DNA of 64,000 nt. It comes from Octopus vulgaris (Eukaryota). The translations under genes were made by a program, and so were the position numbers. The DNA is taken from contig OX597836.1 in NCBI GenBank assembly GCA_951406725.2, forward strand, positions 38,936,001 to 39,000,000, given 5' to 3'. The notes under the pieces are model-generated. The model saw only the letters and a program-made list of their open reading frames with translations. It was not told the origin of the DNA and made no database searches. This document shows, piece after piece, positions 12,955 through 25,412 of the stretch (the stretch's first letter is position 1; each line of letters starts with the position of its first letter).

Positions 12955-13020
<66 letters not shown>

Positions 13021-13023
<3 letters not shown>

Positions 13024-13225
13024 AGAGTTTACGAAAATAAAAACAAAAGATGAAGACAGGTGATGTACAAAACAAACAGATGTATTAGTATAACGCTCAG
13101 GAATAGAAAAAGTCTTTTACGTTTCGAGCCTACGCTCTTCTACAGAAACGGACACAGAAAAAAATCAAGGAGAGAAACAAGGGGAGAAAAAAATGTGTGT
13201 AGTGGCTAACGATCTATCATGGCGT
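13021..13225 (-). mobile_element. Short TA-targeted Penelope-like element, family H (5 copies in window)
   Basis: Near identical to 15320-15481, 41456-41660, 48332-48487 and 58450-58620; 3' end CTCTCCC joins (TA)n. Confidence 0.75.
13114..13149 (-). ncRNA. Minimal hammerhead-like fold, CUGUAGA core
   Basis: GTTT CTGTAGA A GAGC-GTAG-GCTC GAAACGTA AAAG. Confidence 0.6.
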
Positions 13226-13259
13226 TATATATATGCAAACACCCACCCACAGATACACC

Positions 13260-13698
13260 TATGTATGTATGTATGTATGTATGTATGTATGTATGTATGT
13301 ATGTATGTATGTATGTATGTACGTATATATGTATGTATGTATGCTATGTATGTATGTATGTATGTATGTATGTATGTATGCTATGTATGTATGCTATGTA
13401 TGTATGTATGTATGTATGTATGTATGTTGCTATGTAGGTATGTATGTATGTATGTATGCTATGTATGTATGCTATGTATGTATGTTTGTATGTATGTATG
13501 CTATGTATGTGTGTATGTATGTATGTATGTATGCTATGTATGTATGCTATGTATATATGTATGTATGTATGTATGCTATGTATGTATGCTATGTATGTAT
13601 GTATGTATGTGTGTATGTATGTATGTATGTATGTATGCTATGTATGTATGTGAGTATGTATGTATGTTGTATGTATGTATGTTTGCTATGTATGTATG
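13260..13698. repeat. (TATG)n microsatellite with TATGC variants
   Basis: Direct reading. Confidence 0.95.
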
Positions 13699-14149
13699 CT
13701 GTCATTCGTCCAATCGTTGAAGTCAAGCAATGTCATTACAAAACTGTAGAACTGTGACAACCAATCAATGGCTCTCTCTCTCTCTCTCTCTCTCTGATAT
13801 TGCCGCTGTAATGTATAGCAACCGGTTTCTCCAGAGAATGCGTCGCATAAAAACACTTTGATTTCACTGTCCAGACTTTACTCTGCTTCATTAAGGAACG
13901 TTAGATCGTTATCATGGCGGTCGTCGTGGTCGTCGGCGCCGGAAACAACAATAACAAAATGGAGAGAGAGGAAACAAAAATAATGCAGTAAACAAAAAGC
14001 TAACGATTCTGGCACATTAAAACTGATAAAAAGACAGTAACGTTTTTATTGTCGCCGTTCTTATCTAGTCCCCTCCTCCTCCTACATCTCCTCCTCCTCG
14101 TCGTCATATATATATATATATATATATATACACCTCCTCCATCTTCTTC

Positions 14150-14317
14150 ACCGCCATCATCTTTGGCATCATGATCATCTTGATCATCATTATCATTAAC
14201 ATCGCGATTATCATCATCATCATCATCAGCAGCAGCAGCAGCAGCATCGCCACCATTATTGGAACCATCGTAGTCAACTTCATCATCATCGTCATCATCA
14301 TTACCACCACCAACACC

Positions 14318-14351
<34 letters not shown>

Positions 14352-14493
14352 TCACCATCGTCATCATCATCATCATCATCATCAGCACCACCATCATCAT
14401 CACCATCATCATCATCAGCAGCAGCTGCATCATCATCACCATCATCATCATCATAATCATCACCATCATCACCATCACCATCACCATCATCAT

Positions 14494-14543
<50 letters not shown>

Positions 14544-14662
14544 ACATCATCACAACCATCATCATCATACTCATCATCATCATCATGACGATCATCATCA
14601 TCATCATTACCGCTATCATCATCGTCGTAGTCATCATCATCATCATCATCATCATCATCACC
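14150..14662. repeat. Imperfect (CAT/CAC/CAG)n trinucleotide tract
   Basis: Direct reading. Confidence 0.95.
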
Positions 14663-15024
14663 AATTTAATGTGTTATTGAAGGAGCATGATTGGAAAAAA
14701 TGGTAGGAACGGAATTTGGCAAATGTATTCCTACCAGTAATGTATATGGTTTCTATGCTGAGGAGAGTATAATGAGATCTGAATTACTGCTTGCTCTTTC
14801 GCAAAGGCAAAAAAAAAAAAAAAAAATAGGTGTTATTATGGGAAGAATTGTCCATTTGTCCATGGTAATATATATTCATGAGCGGGTGATATAGGAGAGA
14901 TTGCGAGAATGCGAATGAATAAAAAATGAACTACAAGAAATAGCTCAGAGGGGCCAGGGGCATGAATTTTAATAAAGACAAATACAGGTATACGAAATAC
15001 CATACAACATAAATGCTTGTATAT

Positions 15025-15114
<90 letters not shown>

Positions 15115-15268
15115 ATATATATATATTATAAAATGAGATAGGGGTTGAAAATTCAACCCACCTTTATTGCCTTTACTCATATGTAATGGTGTATTAAAGT
15201 ATGGATTGAGTATCATCGGATAGTTGATGTTTTACTGATTTAAGTATGTTTCTCCATTCTCTAATTTT

Positions 15269-15319
<51 letters not shown>

Positions 15320-15321
<2 letters not shown>

Positions 15322-15477
15322 TTGTTTCTTTCCGTGTTTCTTTTCTGTGTATCTTTCTGTTGAAGAGCGTAGGCTCGAAACGTAAAAGACTTTTTCTATT
15401 CCTGAGCGCTATACTAGTACAATTGTTTGTTTGTATTCCACTTGCCTTCGTCTTTTGTTTATTTTCATAAAGCTTCT

Positions 15478-15481
<4 letters not shown>
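15320..15481 (+). mobile_element. Family H element between (TA)n tracts
   Basis: Reverse-complement match to 13021-13190. Confidence 0.75.
15353..15388 (+). ncRNA. Minimal hammerhead-like fold, CUGUUGA core
   Basis: CTTT CTGTTGA A GAGC-GTAG-GCTC GAAACGTA AAAG; stem I CTTT/AAAG. Confidence 0.65.
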
Positions 15482-15549
<68 letters not shown>

Positions 15550-16425
15550 TGTATATATATATACATATATATATGTATGTATGTATGTATGCATGCATGT
15601 ATGTATGTATGTATGTATGTATGTATGTATGTATGTATGTATGTATGTATTTATGTAAGTAAGTACGTATGTTTATGTGTATTTACTCCACCGAACCGCT
15701 TTACAGACGGTGTTGGTTTATTTACGTCCCCATAACTTAGCAAAAAGACACCAGTAGAATGGGTATGAGATTTAAAACGTAGAGATCCCTGTATCGATGT
15801 GTTCGACTAAAACCTTCAAGGTGGCACTCCAGTATGGCCCCCGCCTTATGAATGAAACAAGTAAAAAGAAAAAAAAAGAAAACAAATAGACAAGTTCTTT
15901 GAAATGGTAAGTGTGAATTCTCAAAATGGGAGGAGTCGACAAAGAATATGGCGGACATTAAACATTCACGGAAAGAAGGAAATTAATGACGGAATGGATT
16001 TCGGTCCAGCCTTCTGCCCCACCGTCATTTACATCAACCGAATCTTTCAACCTCAGGTTCAGACAGACCTGCCGATGTCCTCACGCGAGTTGTCTTGATT
16101 GCTACATTCTTTCCCTTTCACTCCTTCCTGTTTTTCTTTCTTTTCTTCCACTCACCCACCCACCTATGCATACTCTAGCATTCTAACTACCTACTTTCAT
16201 ACCATCACTCCCTCACTCACATAGACACCCATATATATATACATGTCTATATGTATGTATATGCATGTATATATATATATTTATATACGTACTTATATAT
16301 ATATATACACGTACTTATGTATACATACATATGCACATACACGCGCGCACACACACACACACACATATATATACATATATATATATGGATGTATATGCAT
16401 GTGTATATATATATTTATATACGTA

Positions 16426-16474
<49 letters not shown>

Positions 16475-16514
16475 GTACTTATGTATACATACATACATAT
16501 GCACACACACGCAC

Positions 16515-16551
<37 letters not shown>

Positions 16552-16552
16552 C

Positions 16553-16766
16553 AGAAACGTTAGCACGCCGGGCGAAATGCGTTGCCGTATTTCGTCTGCC
16601 GTTACGTTCCGAGTTCAAATTCCGCCGAGGTCGACTTTGCCTTTCATCCTTCCGGGGTCGATAAATTAAGTACCAGTTACGCACTGGGATCGATGTAATC
16701 GACTTAATCCGTTTGTCTGTCCTTGTTTGTCTCCTCTGTGTTTAGCCCCTTGTGGGTAGTGAAGAA
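16553..16766 (+). mobile_element. SINE family A, 5' truncated
   Basis: Match to 6468-6692. Confidence 0.85.
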
Positions 16767-16897
16767 ATATATATATTTATATACGTACTTATATATATAT
16801 ATACACGTACTTATGTATACATACATACATATGCACACACACGCACACGTACACACACATATATATATATATATACATATATATATATGTGTGTGTA

Positions 16898-16924
16898 GGT
16901 AGATAGACAGATAGATAGATACGC

Positions 16925-16957
<33 letters not shown>

Positions 16958-16978
16958 TATAGATAGATATATAGATAA

Positions 16979-17033
<55 letters not shown>

Positions 17034-17036
17034 CGC

Positions 17037-17077
<41 letters not shown>

Positions 17078-17078
17078 T

Positions 17079-17109
<31 letters not shown>

Positions 17110-17174
17110 TATAGATAGATAGATATATAGATAGATAGATAGATAGATAGATATATAGATAGATAGATAGATAT

Positions 17175-17244
<70 letters not shown>
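16898..17244. repeat. (AGAT)n microsatellite
   Basis: Direct reading. Confidence 0.95.
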
Positions 17245-17734
17245 GCCTGCCACTTACACAAGCACTACATTCATAGAACAGCATAATTCCGTTCCACCAT
17301 TTGCCAGCTGTACTCACATGACATGCAACATCTTTTTCTGTAACCCATATAATTTTCCTTATTACGTTGACAATGAGCTCCTTGCACGTAAACTTAAAAC
17401 TATTTCCTGTGGCTCACAGCTTCATACACTGACTTCTTTATCTGTTTTTTTTTTGTTTTTTGTTTGTTTTTGCTCTTATTGTTTCAGTAATCAAAATTTT
17501 GTCTATAGACACGTACATAGAAAGATATTTCATTACATACTTATGAAACATTCATGCCGCTGCTGCTACGATTGATGATGATGAAGATGATGATGATAAT
17601 GGTGGTGGTGGTGGTGATAATGATGATGACTACGACGACGATATTGACGATGATGATCACGATCCTGGCATTGATGAGGGAAACTAATGATAATGATGTT
17701 GATGCTGCTGTTGCTGTTGTTGCTGTTGTTGTTG

Positions 17735-18120
17735 AGCGAAGCGGTCTTCGTCCCAGAGCTCGCAAGATCGCGCCTCAGTACTGGAAGAAGTCCGAAACGT
17801 GGTCCTTTGCTATTCGTAAGACCCGCAGAAGAGAAAGCGGGTGAACCCCCGACACCGAGAGCCTCGACGGATGGATGAATGCGCATCCAGGCTCAGCGGT
17901 TGCGTAGGAAGAAGTCGGGGACAAGAAACAGGAAGAAAGAGTGAGAGAAAGCTGGAGCGAAAGAGTACAACAGGAGTCGCCACCACCCCCCTGCCGGAGC
18001 CTCGTGGAGCTTTAGGTGTTTTCGCTCAATAAACACAGACAACGCCCGGTCTGGGAATCGAAACCGCGATCCTCCGAAACCGCGAGTCCGCTGCCCTAAC
18101 CACTGGGCCATTGCGCCTCC
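17735..18120 (-). mobile_element. SINE family C, full length, tail type 1
   Basis: GGAGGCGCAATGGCCCAGTGGTTAGGGCAGCGG head, B-box, ends in (CAA)n. Confidence 0.85.
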
Positions 18121-18585
18121 ACTGTTGATACTGCTGGTGTTGTTGATGACAATAATGACGATGTTGATGATAATGACGTGTTTATGCATGTATATATATG
18201 TATACATACAAATATATGAACATACTAACATACACACACACATATGTGTGTGCGCGATCGCGTGTGTTTGTGTGTGTGTATTTGTGTGTGTATTTGTGTG
18301 TGTGTATTGTGTTGTGTTTATACAGACTGGTTAAAATCAATTCGTCGAGCCACGGCGCGTCCCGGACAATAGGAATGACTTAGCTTTACGTTATATATGT
18401 ATATCGATCGATAAAATACCAACTTAAAATTAGTAATGGTGGCTGCATTGATATGATGGAATTAAGCATCTTTAGATACAGGGGAACCCTTTCCTTTCCA
18501 GGTCTGAACACAACCGAAATCTTCCAGAAAAAGAGTGAAAAAACGAAAGAGAGAGAAACACACCAAGAGAAAGAGAGAGAAGGGG

Positions 18586-18619
<34 letters not shown>

Positions 18620-19137
18620 CGTGCAGGAAGAATTGATCCATGTATAGGATTAGTATTCGCTCCATGAAGAAAAAAAAAAAAAAAGACCTGACCTCGGGGT
18701 TATTTGAACACAAAGCGCTGAGAGCTGGAACGAATTTCACCAAAACAGTCTATTCGAAGTTCTGTTTCGGCCAAGTCACCACCTCACAGGGCTACTTCAC
18801 AACCACAGTTCAATGACTGCGAGCAGTAAACAAATAACAGAATATATGAATAAAAGAATTTCGTTAAAAAAATGAATAATATATGTTTGTAACTGTCATC
18901 CATAAATGTCAATTTGTCAGCTATAAATATTCCGCCATGTAATCACCCACTAAGTTCAATATTCCATCTGAAAGTCTGCGACGTTTCTCCTTCCCATGGA
19001 ATCATTATTTGCCATTCAGACTCTTGCTTATCAACAAGAGTTTACACTTTCGTCTATTAATATCTTCACCTGTCCGGTTAGTGTTGCATATAACTTCTAG
19101 CTCTATCTACATAGATTTACTATACACATTTCCGTTG

Positions 19138-19186
<49 letters not shown>

Positions 19187-19189
<3 letters not shown>

Positions 19190-19371
19190 GGTCCCGGGTT
19201 GATTCGGGGTTAACCACAGTAAATAAGGTACTCAATACATAGCAGAGTAAAATAAATTTATTATATAGAAGGAGCTTCTACAGGACTAGAACTGTTTCAT
19301 TCAAGAGAAATCACCAGGAGCTTCCTGATGATTTCTCTTGAATGAAACAGTTCTAGTCCTGTAGAAGCTCC

Positions 19372-19380
<9 letters not shown>
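19187..19380 (-). mobile_element. Short Penelope-like 3' end with terminal fold-back, family K
   Basis: Near identical to 23172-23331; 19262-19318 is inverted at 19324-19380; TA tracts on both sides. Confidence 0.75.
19317..19371 (+). ncRNA. Type I hammerhead ribozyme fold (predicted cleavage after 19363)
   Basis: GGAGCTTC CTGATGA T-TTC-TCTT-GAA-T GAAA CAG-TTCTAGTC-CTG TA GAAGCTCC; 8-bp stem I, canonical core. The opposite arm has CTGGTGA. Confidence 0.85.
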
Positions 19381-19408
<28 letters not shown>

Positions 19409-20011
19409 TGTGAAATAGAAAGATGAATAATCTTGTAGTAGATTAATCAAAAGTTTTGTTTTTGCTCCGCCTCTGTTCTGTTTTTGTTTTTCCAACGGAT
19501 TTCCTATTTTCTTCCTGAAGAGAAAGACACAATATGGTCCCATTATTCCATCGGATTTTGGTAATTTGTGCCTTTCGAAACACGTGTAGAATGAAATAAA
19601 ACGATTTCTGTTCAATCTGCGTTCAGCTCCATTTCTTCAATTCACCAATATATATATATATATATATATACATGCTTACATATGTAGGTACGAGCGTGTA
19701 AAAAAGCTCTCTTTGTCACCAAGTGGCTTCAGGTTCAGCATCACTGCTGACTGATGCCTTGTGAGCGAATTTACTTGACGGAAACTGTATGGAAGCCTGC
19801 TTTAAAGCTGAAGCATCACAGGAGACAAGTCCACACAATTCCATATGTATGTGTGTATATATATATATATATATTTTATATATTTTATTTATTTTATATA
19901 TTTTGTATATCATATTAATTATTATTATTTTTATGTTTTGGTTAAAACATAAAAATAAAAGTAATTAATATGATATACAAAATATATAAAATAAATAAAA
20001 TATATATATAT

Positions 20012-21040
20012 TACTAGCATTATGACCCGTCGTTGCCGGGTCATAGTGCTAGTGCATGTATATATGTGTATATATATGCGTACATATTACATGTACATCT
20101 ATATATATACATCTACACATAAAATACAAAATACAAAGTTATATATTGATATCGCTAGTGATAACAATACTCAAAATATATAACAGACTGGAATTGTTAG
20201 CCCGTCTCTTGCAATTTCGATCAATTGTATCTTGTTCTTCCTCTTGTATAGAAGTGTGGCTACAATCCAGCCTACCTCTACTTCTAGGGGGGGGGGGCAT
20301 TTTAAATTTTTATCCGGCACGTCCTACGTCCCAGATATAAAGGTAATAATAAAATATTTCCACTTTGCAAGTTCGAGTCGAGTACTCCCTTGCACGGTCC
20401 GTTGACTCGAACCTTGCTTCTATTGTGGCGAATTTACCGCCTCTGGTTAGATATATTTCATAGTCGCACCAAGACACTTTTCGAAGGTGCTTTCCTTCAT
20501 GTTCAAATCTTCTTTTTTCTCTACATTGTATACTTTATAGACAATAGTCTTTTCTTTAATTTAATTTTTTATTATCCATCTAGACTATTCCATTTCTGAA
20601 CACTAATTTTATTTTTAATTTATTCCCATTCATGTGAAACCACTTATTCAAGTTCAAGTCATTGATGCAATTTTATACCAATTGCTATTTTTACTTTTGT
20701 TATGTTACGATTATATTATACTTTAGTTTGATTCTAATTATTACTTACTACATATAATTCAATTGTTATTATTATTTTTATCGTTAAAGTGAAAATATCT
20801 GACATAAAATAGAGAAATGTTTTTGTTTCACTTTTAACACGTAATAGTGGAGAAGATATGATATTACTATGGGCTCGCTCTAGGCAAGAAGTTGAACATT
20901 TTTTTTGCCCATGAAACTACATGGACCCTAAGTAAGGCATGTGTAAAATTTGAATGAAATTGGTTGTATAGTTCTCAAGTTTTAGGGAAACAGAAAGACA
21001 GACAGTCAGACACACATTCTCAGTTTTATACATATATAGA
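20012..21040. mobile_element. Non-autonomous Helitron/Helentron-like (Lep1/DINE-1-style) element
   Basis: Terminal hairpin ACTAGCATTATGACCCG..CGGGTCATAGTGCTAGT at one end; AAATTTGAATGAAATTGG..(ACAG)n..TTTTATA at the other; no TSD evident. Confidence 0.6.
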
Positions 21041-21056
21041 TATATATATATATAGG

Positions 21057-21320
21057 TGGAGGCACATGGCCTAGCGTTTAGAGCAGCGGACTCGCGGTCG
21101 AGGGATTGCGGGTCCGAATCTCACACCGGGTGATGCGTGTGTTTATGAGCGAAGCATCTAAGCTCCACGCGGCTTCGGCAGAAGATGATAGCGAACTTCT
21201 GCTGACTCTTTCGCCACAGCTGTCTGTCCCTCTTACCTACTGCATCTTGTAACTCACCTGCGAGGGACCAGCATCCCGTCCAGGTGGGTAAGCTATACGC
21301 CAAGGAAAAAGCAAACTGGG
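21057..21320 (+). mobile_element. SINE family C head with a different tail (type 3)
   Basis: GGAGGCACATGGCCTAGCGTTTAG head and family C body, then CCTGCGAGGGACCAGCATCCCGTCCAGG. Confidence 0.7.
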
Positions 21321-22134
21321 ACTGGATAATTGAGTTGCTGTTGCTGAGATAGGAACCTTATGTGGATCTTCGCCTAATAATCCGACTGAACTTATTAAAT
21401 TTAGCCGTTTGCACCTCCTCATGAATCCTATACATGTGCGGGGATCCTCCTATTCAATCAACGACGCCTTGGTAAGAATTTGAATGTTTTCCTGCATCTA
21501 TCCTGGTTTATCGATCGTTGCTAATAGGATTCAGTTCCATACAAGAATACAAACCATATAGACCAGAATGTAAAAATATTGTTTTATTAGGATTTGTTTT
21601 AAAACATTTTATTAACGTCCGCTTTATGATGTGATTCAGTAAGGAGAACGAAGATGAGGGAAGAAGAGGAGCAGGAAAGAGAAGAAATAGGATGAGAAGG
21701 AGGGAGGAGGGGAATGAGAAGGAGGAGGAGGAGGAGGAGGAATTGAAATAAATATTTACGCGTCATTGAATTTCTTTAAATTCATTGATAAATAATATTT
21801 CATTTGAGTTTAGGGAAAATATTAATGGCAGTTACAGAAATAAAGTGCATTTTTTAAAAATAAAAATACATTTCTATCTGTTCGTAGATTGGTTCCATAC
21901 ATTGGGTTGCAGCCATTGCTGGGAAGCCAACATCGAAAGCTTTCTGGCCAATTAGATAATCGACCCCCTGTATTTTATTTGGTCTGATATTTATTTTCAT
22001 CGATCTCTGTCGAACCGCTCGCCCACGAGTCATAAACAACAATGGTGGACTGGTTGTAGTTTGGCCAGAATAAATGTCAATACACAAACACACACACACG
22101 TATGTATATATATATATATATATATAAAATAATT

Positions 22135-22549
22135 ATTTGAGGGAATATTAATCCTAACTTACAAGAAAACAAATTCAATTTAGAAATACTAAATCAAATT
22201 TCACACAATATAATGTATATATATAAAAATTAGAAAAAAATCACCCTTCATCAATTCAAAAGGAACAATTAAATTACACCATCTAGAAAATTACATATAA
22301 TAGAAATATTAAAATTAAAATAACAATAAAATACCGATGATTAAGTAAATTGCAAAAAATATATAAATACGTACGTATTTATTATATATTATTATTATTC
22401 TACTTATTATATACGTTTTTTAATATTTTTTTTGCAATTTACTTAATCATCGGTATTTTATTGTTATTTTGATTTTAATATTTCTATTATACGTAATTTT
22501 TTAGATGGAGTAATTTAATTGTTCATTTTGAATTGATAAAATGGTGTTT

Positions 22550-22558
<9 letters not shown>
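22135..22558. repeat. Diverged AT-rich fold-back (22229-22372 vs 22411-22558) between TA tracts, probably Penelope-like
   Basis: Inverted arms; the left end GGGAATATTAATCC..AATTTAG resembles the reverse complement of 11490-11546. Confidence 0.65.
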
Positions 22559-22622
<64 letters not shown>

Positions 22623-22895
22623 TTATATGTATACATATGTATGTATGTATATATATATATGCATGCGTGGCTTAGTAGTTATGGTGTTGGACACATGCTC
22701 GTATGGTTGTGGCTTCGAATCTCGGACCATGCGATGCATTGGGTTCTTGAGCAAATCACTTCATTTCACGTTGTTCTATCCATTTATCTGGTAAAAATAA
22801 GTAATCTTGCGACGAACGGGCGTCTCGTCCAGGGAAGAATAAGTACGGTCGTATGATCCTTACGGAGCAATGTAAACTAACTCTTTCTCTCTCTA

Positions 22896-22929
<34 letters not shown>

Positions 22930-22974
22930 ACGGCGGTGCATCAGCATGGCCGCAGCTCTGAGCTGAAACTAGAA

Positions 22975-23098
<124 letters not shown>

Positions 23099-23101
23099 TA
23101 A

Positions 23102-23171
<70 letters not shown>

Positions 23172-23174
<3 letters not shown>

Positions 23175-23331
23175 TCCCGGGTTGATTCGGGGTTAACCAC
23201 AGTAAGTAGGTACTCAATACATAGCAGAGTAAAATTAATTTATTATATAGAAGGAGCTTCTACAGGACTAGTACTGTTTCATTCAAGAGAAATCTTCAGG
23301 ATCCTGAAGATTTCTCTTGAATACAGTACTA
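23172..23331 (-). mobile_element. Family K Penelope-like 3' end with short fold-back
   Basis: Matches 19187-19318; palindrome centred at 23301/23302. Confidence 0.75.
23253..23302 (-). ncRNA. Hammerhead fold with truncated 5' strand of stem I
   Basis: TC CTGAAGA TTTCTCTTGAAT GAAA CAG-TACTAGTC-CTG TA GAAGCTCC. Confidence 0.7.
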
Positions 23332-23334
23332 TAA

Positions 23335-23380
<46 letters not shown>

Positions 23381-23394
23381 TATAATATAACATA

Positions 23395-23830
23395 TAAATA
23401 TATGCATATATACATACATATATGTACATACCTACATAAATACGTATATATACATGCATATAAGGGTACAGGACATCAAAAAAACGTTGAACACAACGAG
23501 AAACGAAAGCATATAAACAAGAACAAGGAAACGAACTTTTTTTCGAACAACGAAAAACATAAACGGAGAAACGAGACATGCAACATAAAGTATATTGCCC
23601 TTCATCAGTTGTCCCTGTCTCATCTACTCCGCCGTCGAGGGCAAGGACAATACTCGACTTCGTTGAAACAATCCTTCCAGCAAAGCAAATTATATAATAT
23701 TTGTGATTTTTTGTGGACATCGACGTGATACCAACTAACTCATATGTCCTTGAGCTCAGAAAGTAAGTTCCGTTCATTTCCGCTTGAAACATTCAAAAAT
23801 ATTTGTGGGGGGGAAACTTCAGTTACGTGA
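23395..23830 (-). mobile_element. Penelope-like 3' end, possible distant group P member (P4)
   Basis: Abuts (TA)n; TTGGTATCACGTCGATGTC resembles group P motif 1; CTGATGA at 23602-23608 (minus). Confidence 0.45.
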
Positions 23831-24249
23831 AATTACAAATTCTGGTAAAAGGAAAGAAGCCAATAAATGAAAGTAATTACATCCTTATTAAAGAAATGGA
23901 AATCTTAATTTCAAAAATCAGGTCTAATGAAACATTTAAGAAGATATGTTAAAACTAAGTAATTACAGCACGAAAGTAAATTCGTATGTTGTTACCGTTT
24001 GACAGCAAGTTAATAGAAAGTTGGACAGATGTAGTTAAGATGGATGAATGTAGTGTAAAATGGCATGCGTAACTTAATTCTATGTTCATACGTATCACCT
24101 CATTTATATTTGGTTACAAATGCAAGACAGTTCTTTTTAGCTCTGTTAAAAAAGTTTATCAAAAGTAGGTGCATCTTTCGGGTTCTTCAGATTTGACATC
24201 TAATTATAATTCTAGTTTTGTTGTTGTTTTTTTAAAATTCTTTTATTAT

Positions 24250-24408
24250 TTTACTTGTTTCAGTCATTTGACTGCGGCCATGTTGGAGCACCGCCTTAGA
24301 GGGTTTTGTAGTCGGAGAAATCGACCCCCCCCCCCAAGGCTAAGTTAGAGGGACATAAACACACCAGCATCAGATCGGTTGTCAAGCGATGGCTGGGAAG
24401 GCAAACAC

Positions 24409-24507
<99 letters not shown>

Positions 24508-24682
24508 CGCACAGACACACACACGACACACTTCTTTCAGTTTCCGCCTACCAAATCCACTCACAAGGCTTTGGTCAGCCAAAGGCTATAGTAGAAGACA
24601 CTTGCTCAAGTTGCTATGCAATGGGGCTGAACCCGGAACCATGTGGTTGGGAAGCAAGATTCTTACCACATAGCCTCGCCTA
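24250..24682 (-). mobile_element. SINE family B, full length with expanded internal (CA)n
   Basis: Head, CORE-like CTTGAGCAAGTGTCTT and tail CAGCATGGCCGCAGTCAAATGACTGAAACAAGTAAAA type. Confidence 0.85.
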
Positions 24683-24896
24683 TACTTTATTTTTTTTTCT
24701 TACTTGTTCCAGTAATTGGACTGGGGTCATGCTGGGGCAACGCCTTGAAGAATGTTAGCCGAACAAATCGACCCCAATACATTTTCTTTTTAAGCCTCGT
24801 ATTTTTTCTATTGGGTATCTTTCACCTGTTGTCAAGCTGTGGTAGGGGACAAACCCCAAACAAAGACACACCCCGGCTGCAAGCGCGCACACACAG

Positions 24897-25131
24897 TTTA
24901 GTTAAGTTAATTTTTTGGCTCAAAAAGTAAAAAGCAAGGCCATGTAGGGGGATATGGAGTTATCTACAGGGTGGTGTTCATGCAAAGAGTTCAGGCCATT
25001 TCTGGTCAAGAGAGACTTTGAACCGAGCGGTCGTCGGCATCTTCACTATCTCGTCCGGCAGCTTATTCCACGGATCCGCAACCCGGACGGAGAAAGCCCC
25101 TCTCCTTCGATTGAGATGAAATCGTCGCAGA
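24897..25131 (-). mobile_element. 3' end of a CR1-type LINE (ORF2 C-terminus, 3' UTR, short-repeat tail)
   Basis: Clean translation LRRFHLNRRRGAFSVRVADPWNKLPDEIVKMPTTARFKVSLDQKWPELFA-stop, followed by a (TTAAC)-like tail. Confidence 0.8.
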
Positions 25132-25412
25132 TTTCACACACATCTAACTTTATGGACCTTATCAATAGATAAGTCCTTTGCTCGTGGCTAAGAGGTTGTT
25201 TTGACTCTTATTATATATATATATATATATATATAGTATATATATATATGTATGTATGTGTGTGTATGTATGTATGGTTTCTTTGCAGTTTCCGTCTACC
25301 AAATCCATCCCAAGGCTTTGGTCGGTTCGAGACTATAGTAGACTGACCAGAAAAACATGTAGCTGAGAAGGCAGTCATTTGCCGCACAGCCATGCCTGCA
25401 CCCTAGCCACAC

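Noticed and set aside
13914-13991. ATGGCG..VVVVGAG, a possible first exon with a Rossmann-like start or a YY1/ETS promoter
   Set aside because: Stops after 25 codons with no good donor; the sequence is a GTC/AAC trinucleotide-like run.
15904-16186. Complex-sequence ORFs as host exons
   Set aside because: No recognisable domain or convincing splice sites; cannot be supported without a search.
18040-18120. tRNA genes at SINE heads
   Set aside because: A/B boxes are present but there is no complete cloverleaf or terminator; they continue into SINE bodies.
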